From an uncultured Gammaproteobacteria bacterium (GTDB taxonomy: Bacteria > Patescibacteriota > Microgenomatia > CAYFQP01): DNA of 53,039 nucleotides. This document shows, in pieces, positions 49,706-53,039 of the stretch. The stretch is taken from positions 1-53,039 of the forward strand of contig CAYFQP010000051.1 of assembly GCA_964345375.1 (NCBI GenBank), read 5' to 3'. Below the pieces are notes generated by a model. It searched no databases and was not told the origin of the DNA. It saw only the letters and a program-made list of their open reading frames with translations. Positions within the stretch are counted from its first letter, which is position 1. The number at the start of each line of letters is the position of its first letter. A program made the position numbers and the translations under genes.

Positions 49706-51895
49706 ATGAAAGAAACTTCCCAATCAATTGAAATTGGTGGTCGAACTTTAACTTTGACCACTGGTAAGCTAGCAGGCCAGGCAGACGCGGCGGTTTTAGG
49801 GCGCTATGGTGACACAATGGTTTTGGCAACCGTGGTTGCCTCAGAGCCGAGGGAAGACCTTGATTATTTTCCCCTCCACGTTGAATACGTTGAAAGACTT
49901 TATGCTGGTGGAAGAATTAAAGGTTCACGCTGGGTGAAAAGAGAAGGTCGACCTTCAGATGAGGCAGTTTTATTTGCTCGATTAGTAGACCGTTCAATTA
50001 GGCCTTTATTTCCAAAAGAGTATTCAAACGAAGTTCAGGTCGTAATCACGGTCTTATCGGTTGATTCGGAAAATGACCCTGGTATTTTGTCAGCCGTGGC
50101 TACTTCTGCGGCCTTAGCAATTTCTTCAATTCCCTGGCAAGGACCTACAGGAACAGTCAGAGTTGGATTAAAAGACGGGACACCTTTTGTCAATCCAGTT
50201 AATGGTGAGCTAAAGTTTTCTGATTTGGATTTAGTGGCCACCTTTGCTGCCGATAAAACAGTGATGCTTGAGGCTGGGGCGAGAGAGGCTCCTGAGGAGC
50301 AGGTTTTGAAAACAATCGAATTTGGAAGGAAAGAGGCAGTTAAAGTAATTAAATTAATTAATGATTTAGTTAAGGCAGTGGGCCAAAAAAAGAAAACAAT
50401 CCCCACTAAGAAGATTGATGCTGGATTAAAGAAAAAAGTCGAAAAACTTGCCCGGAAAGACCTCCTCCAATTGGTTAAGACTGGCGCCCAAGAAACAAAG
50501 GAAGGGAAGACCCATCAGGAATTAAAAGAGGCAGTAATGGAAGAACTAAGCGAAGAAAAAAAGATAAAAATTGCTCGGGCCCTTGATGAGTTATTTAAAG
50601 AGGAGGTCCGGAAGCTTGTCCTCAGTGGTAAACGTCCAGACGGACGAAAAATTGATGAAATTCGGCCTCTGGAGATGTCGGTCGGGATTTTACCCCGAAC
50701 TCATGGATCAGCTATCTTTAAAAGAGGCGAAACTCAGGTATTAACAGTAACCACTTTAGGAAGTTTGGCTCTTGAGCAATTGATTGAAAGCGCTGAGGGT
50801 GAAGAGTCAAAAAGATTTTTACATCATTATAATATGCCTCCATTTGCCATTGGGGAAACAGGCTATTTTGGCTGGCCAAAAAGAAGGGAGATTGGCCATG
50901 GCTCTTTGGTTGAGAAAGCTTTAGAGCCAGTCGTGCCCCCTGAAGATAAGTTTCCTTATACGATTCGTTTGGTTTCAGAGATTCTTTCTTCTAATGGCTC
51001 TAGCTCAATGGCGAGTGTTTGTGGTTCGACCTTATCTTTAATGGACGCAGGCATACCGATTGCTACTGCCGTGGCTGGGATTGCCTTAGGTTTGTTTAGT
51101 GATGGAAAAAAATCACTGATTGTCTCTGATATTCTTGGTTTGGAGGATGGTTGTGGCGAGATGGATTTTAAAATTGCCGGGACAGAAAAAGGCATTACCG
51201 CTATCCAACTTGATGTTAAAAACAATGGCCTGACAGGGGAGATTATTAAAGAGGCTCTCTCTCGGGCAAAAAAAGATCGGCTGTTTCTTATTAAAGAGAT
51301 GGCAAAAGTAATTCCTACTCCGCGGAAGAAACTCTCGCGTTATGCACCTAAAGTGGCAATGATTCATGTGCCGGTAGAGAAGATTGGTGATGTCATTGGT
51401 CCTGGTGGAAGAATGATCAGAAAAATTATTAGTGATACTGGCGCTCAGATTGATGTTGAAGATGAGGGAGTAGTTAATATTTCCGCTCCCAAAGAAGAGC
51501 AGGTGGCTGAGGCGATTAAAACAATTGAAGGCTTGACTAAAGAAGTTAAAGCCGGTGAGGTTTATGAAGGAGAAGTAAAAAGAATTCAACCTTTTGGTTG
51601 TTTTGTTGAGATTTTACCGAGCAAAGAAGGACTAGTCCACATTTCTCAGATGGCACCAGGTTATGTTAAAGACCCAAGCGAATTAGTTGAGATTGGTCAG
51701 AAAGTCAAAGTGAGGGTGACAGAGATTGATGACTTTGGCCGGATTAATCTTTCTATGCTTTTTGGCGAAGAGGCTAAAAAAGCAAAGCCACCAAAGCAAA
51801 AACCTAAAAGAGGCTTTAAGAAAAAGGCGGGCGCTAAAAGTCCCCCCCAGTATCCTTCCAGATTTTCCAAAAAAAAGCGGCCGGGGGATTGGTAA
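49706..51895 (+). CDS. pnp: polyribonucleotide nucleotidyltransferase (PNPase) with basic C-terminal tail
   Basis: Two RNase PH domains (RPDGR, GSSSMASVCG), KH (GPGGRMIRKI) and S1 (GEVYEGEVKRIQPFGCFVEI), then a KKAKPPKQKPKRGFKKK tail. Confidence 0.95.
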   Translation: MKETSQSIEIGGRTLTLTTGKLAGQADAAVLGRYGDTMVLATVVASEPREDLDYFPLHVEYVERLYAGGRIKGSRWVKREGRPSDEAVLFARLVDRSIRPLFPKEYSNEVQVVITVLSVDSENDPGILSAVATSAALAISSIPWQGPTGTVRVGLKDGTPFVNPVNGELKFSDLDLVATFAADKTVMLEAGAREAPEEQVLKTIEFGRKEAVKVIKLINDLVKAVGQKKKTIPTKKIDAGLKKKVEKLARKDLLQLVKTGAQETKEGKTHQELKEAVMEELSEEKKIKIARALDELFKEEVRKLVLSGKRPDGRKIDEIRPLEMSVGILPRTHGSAIFKRGETQVLTVTTLGSLALEQLIESAEGEESKRFLHHYNMPPFAIGETGYFGWPKRREIGHGSLVEKALEPVVPPEDKFPYTIRLVSEILSSNGSSSMASVCGSTLSLMDAGIPIATAVAGIALGLFSDGKKSLIVSDILGLEDGCGEMDFKIAGTEKGITAIQLDVKNNGLTGEIIKEALSRAKKDRLFLIKEMAKVIPTPRKKLSRYAPKVAMIHVPVEKIGDVIGPGGRMIRKIISDTGAQIDVEDEGVVNISAPKEEQVAEAIKTIEGLTKEVKAGEVYEGEVKRIQPFGCFVEILPSKEGLVHISQMAPGYVKDPSELVEIGQKVKVRVTEIDDFGRINLSMLFGEEAKKAKPPKQKPKRGFKKKAGAKSPPQYPSRFSKKKRPGDW

Positions 51896-51904
51896 AAAGG
51901 TAAG

Positions 51905-53005
51905 ATGACTGCCCAAGAAGAAAGCGTTCTAGCTGAAGTTAAAATCCTTGAAGAAGGAATTCAGGCTTCTAGTGCACCTCCTGATTTAAAAGAGAGAGTC
52001 CTTGAGTCCTGTCAAGGTTTAGAACGAATGGCTGGTCAAGGTATCTATCCCCAACACTTTGAACAAGTCCGCCATTATGTTGATTGGCTTACTAATTTAC
52101 CCTGGGAGAAAAAGAGTGACGACATTCTTGACCTTAATCATGCCAAAAAAATTCTTGATCAAAACCATTATGGCCTAGAGCCAATTAAAGAAAGAATTCT
52201 AGAGTATATGGCAGTTTTAAAACTGAAGAAAGAGAAACCCTCCGCTCCGTCAGTTAGCGGAGCCTCGGAGGGCGAGGAAGGGATTATGAAGTTTATGCGA
52301 GCGCCAATGCTCTTTTTTGTTGGTTTGGTAGGGACTGGAAAAACAACTATTGCTTATTCAATCGCCGAGGCAATGGGAAGAAAATTTGAGAGAGTTCCTT
52401 TTGGTGGAATCGGCGATCCTTTATATCTTCGGGGTCAATCAAGGGCTCATCCTGGCGCCGAGCCAGGCCAGATAATTAAAGCGATTAGAAGAACGGGAAC
52501 AAAGAATCCAGTTATTCTTTTAGACGAAATTGACCGGGTAGTTGAAGAATCAAGGGCGACGATTATGGGTGTTTTGGTTGAACTACTTGATCCCGAACAA
52601 AACATGGCTTTTCAAGATCACTTTATTGACTATCCTTTTAATCTTTCTGAAGTTTTATTTATTGCCACCGCTAATAATACGACCAATATTGCTACCGCAG
52701 TCCTGGATCGACTTGAACCAATCCGGATGCCCTCTTATACTGATGAGGAAAAAATTAAGATTGGTAAAGATTATGTTTTGCCGAGAATGATGAAGGAAGC
52801 AGGCCTTCCTGATGGTGTATTAAAGATTGACGAGACTGTTTGGCCGAAGATTGTTAGACCACTGGGGTATGATGCGGGTGTTCGGACATTACAGAGAACG
52901 ATTAATGGGATTTGCCGAAAAGTAGCCAAATTAATTGTTGAAGGCAAAGGAAAGGAATTTAATATCACCGAGAAAAATATTAAAGAATTCCTGCCCACCT
53001 GGTAA
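51905..53005 (+). CDS. Lon-like AAA+ ATPase module without LAN N-domain and without protease domain
   Basis: Aligns by eye to the Lon helical linker plus AAA+ module: HYGLEPIKERILEYMAV, Walker A GLVGTGKT, Walker B ILLDEIDR, LLDPEQNMAFQDHF, LDRLEPIRMPSYTDEEK, AGVRTLQR. Stop at 53005, exactly where a Lon protease domain would begin. Confidence 0.7.
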   Translation: MTAQEESVLAEVKILEEGIQASSAPPDLKERVLESCQGLERMAGQGIYPQHFEQVRHYVDWLTNLPWEKKSDDILDLNHAKKILDQNHYGLEPIKERILEYMAVLKLKKEKPSAPSVSGASEGEEGIMKFMRAPMLFFVGLVGTGKTTIAYSIAEAMGRKFERVPFGGIGDPLYLRGQSRAHPGAEPGQIIKAIRRTGTKNPVILLDEIDRVVEESRATIMGVLVELLDPEQNMAFQDHFIDYPFNLSEVLFIATANNTTNIATAVLDRLEPIRMPSYTDEEKIKIGKDYVLPRMMKEAGLPDGVLKIDETVWPKIVRPLGYDAGVRTLQRTINGICRKVAKLIVEGKGKEFNITEKNIKEFLPTW

Positions 53006-53039
53006 TTTTCTCCTAAGTGTGGTTTAATTATTTGAACTA

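Noticed and set aside
50035-51916. Several 77-158-aa minus-strand ORFs inside pnp
   Set aside because: They are antisense to an unambiguous PNPase reading frame and show no independent signals.
1-53039. Alternative genetic code (UGA recoded, as in some CPR lineages), CRISPR arrays, mobile elements
   Set aside because: TGA terminates several well-defined genes (for example nusA at 47090-47092 and infB at 48529-48531). No regularly spaced direct repeats were seen, and no transposase, integrase or reverse-transcriptase-like ORFs.

Overview
AT-rich (about 40% GC by eye, not computed), very densely coded bacterial window. It uses the standard genetic code, since TGA clearly acts as a stop. I could support no rRNA, CRISPR array, transposase, integrase or prophage gene.

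The gene style suggests an uncultivated Patescibacteria/CPR (Microgenomates-like) genome, but this is inference only:
- minimal IF2, HrcA and GrpE
- many GT-C membrane glycosyltransferases
- Pro/Thr-linker surface proteins and type IV pilus parts
- FemAB and LCP genes, and no biosynthetic metabolism

Content, left to right:
- 0-2.3 kb: AlkA-like glycosylase, TVP38 membrane protein, M23 peptidase, tRNA-Cys.
- 2.4-3.3 kb: PEGA/SH3b surface protein.
- 3.3-8.4 kb: five-gene envelope operon (2 GT-C, small membrane protein, GT4 WecA/MraY-like, UbiA-type decaprenyl-phosphate phosphoribosyltransferase-like).
- 8.4-11 kb: receiver-like protein, stand-alone ATP-cone, two secreted proteins.
- 11.1-13.1 kb: TspO, DenV-type pyrimidine-dimer glycosylase, Cas4-like nuclease.
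- 13.1-16.9 kb: metG-tatD-GT2 operon.
- 16.9-19.8 kb: TrpR/YerC-like regulator, RmuC, O-antigen-ligase-like protein.
- 19.9-22.8 kb: adjacent LamG-dockerin and cohesin-FN3 pair.
- 22.8-29.5 kb: UvrD-type helicase fused to a 4-Cys nuclease, then a pcrA-fem-fem operon.
- 29.5-37 kb: LCP, then an FAD-oxidoreductase plus 3 GT-C operon.
- 37-39.8 kb: pilN-pilO-small TM-FN3/Ig surface protein operon.
- 39.9-53 kb: rpsT, murJ, CIRCE-hrcA-grpE-dnaK-dnaJ, nusA-infB-(dead DHH), rpsO, pnp, and a Lon-like AAA+ protein with no protease domain.

I found no clear defence island. The best candidates for something undescribed are:
- the pilN/pilO-linked surface-protein module, contiguous with a glycosylation block (30.5-39.9 kb)
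- the cohesin-dockerin pair
- the polyprenyl-phosphoribose-type operon
- a repeated promoter -> terminator-like hairpin -> ATG layout
- widespread leaderless-type starts
- a catalytically dead DHH protein coupled to infB
- the protease-less Lon

All family assignments come from motif recognition by eye. No searches were run.
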